From Chlorobium phaeobacteroides (GTDB lineage Bacteria; Bacteroidota; Chlorobiia; Chlorobiales; Chlorobiaceae), in NCBI GenBank assembly GCA_016776555.1, contig JADHTF010000002.1, positions 63,857 to 127,856 of the forward strand: a stretch of DNA of 64,000 bases. Direction: 5' to 3'. Below the pieces are notes generated by a model, which saw only the letters and a program-made list of their open reading frames with translations, searched no databases and had not been told where the DNA came from. Positions 63,957 through 64,000 of the stretch are shown here, piece by piece (position 1 is the first letter of the stretch; each line of letters starts with the position of its first letter). The position numbers and the translations under genes were made by a program.

Positions 63957-63991
63957 AGCAATGAGCAATGAGCAATGAGCAATGAGCAATG
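63957..63991. repeat. Perfect heptamer array (AGCAATG) x5
   Basis: Five identical units; repeat region probably continues past the window end. Confidence 0.9.
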
Positions 63992-64000
63992 AGTGGGAGA

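Overview
64 kb of core chromosome from a green sulfur bacterium (Chlorobiaceae). This is inferred from the form IV RuBisCO-like protein operon, the short Bacteroidota/Chlorobi-type primary sigma factor, system II cytochrome c maturation genes and bshC. About 52 protein-coding genes are present, mostly housekeeping (accD, thyX, clpP, valS, sigA, uvrB, relA/spoT, gcvT, ftsK, der, rplM-rpsI-rpsB-tsf-pyrH, recX). I found no rRNA, tRNA, CRISPR array, prophage or transposase gene. The most unusual content is non-coding. Many intergenic spacers are filled with 7-mer and 8-mer tandem arrays that share one symmetric polarity: the G/purine-rich strand runs 5'->3' from the gene boundary toward the spacer centre, whatever the gene orientation. 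These arrays are interleaved with a covarying REP-like hairpin family, a MITE-like family, and a 246 bp insert bounded by a 17 bp direct repeat. The main coding oddity is a tandem array of four ~410 aa LuxR-type regulators of alternating A-B-A-B subtype with an uncharacterised N-terminal domain. All product calls come from motif recognition by eye; no database searches were run.
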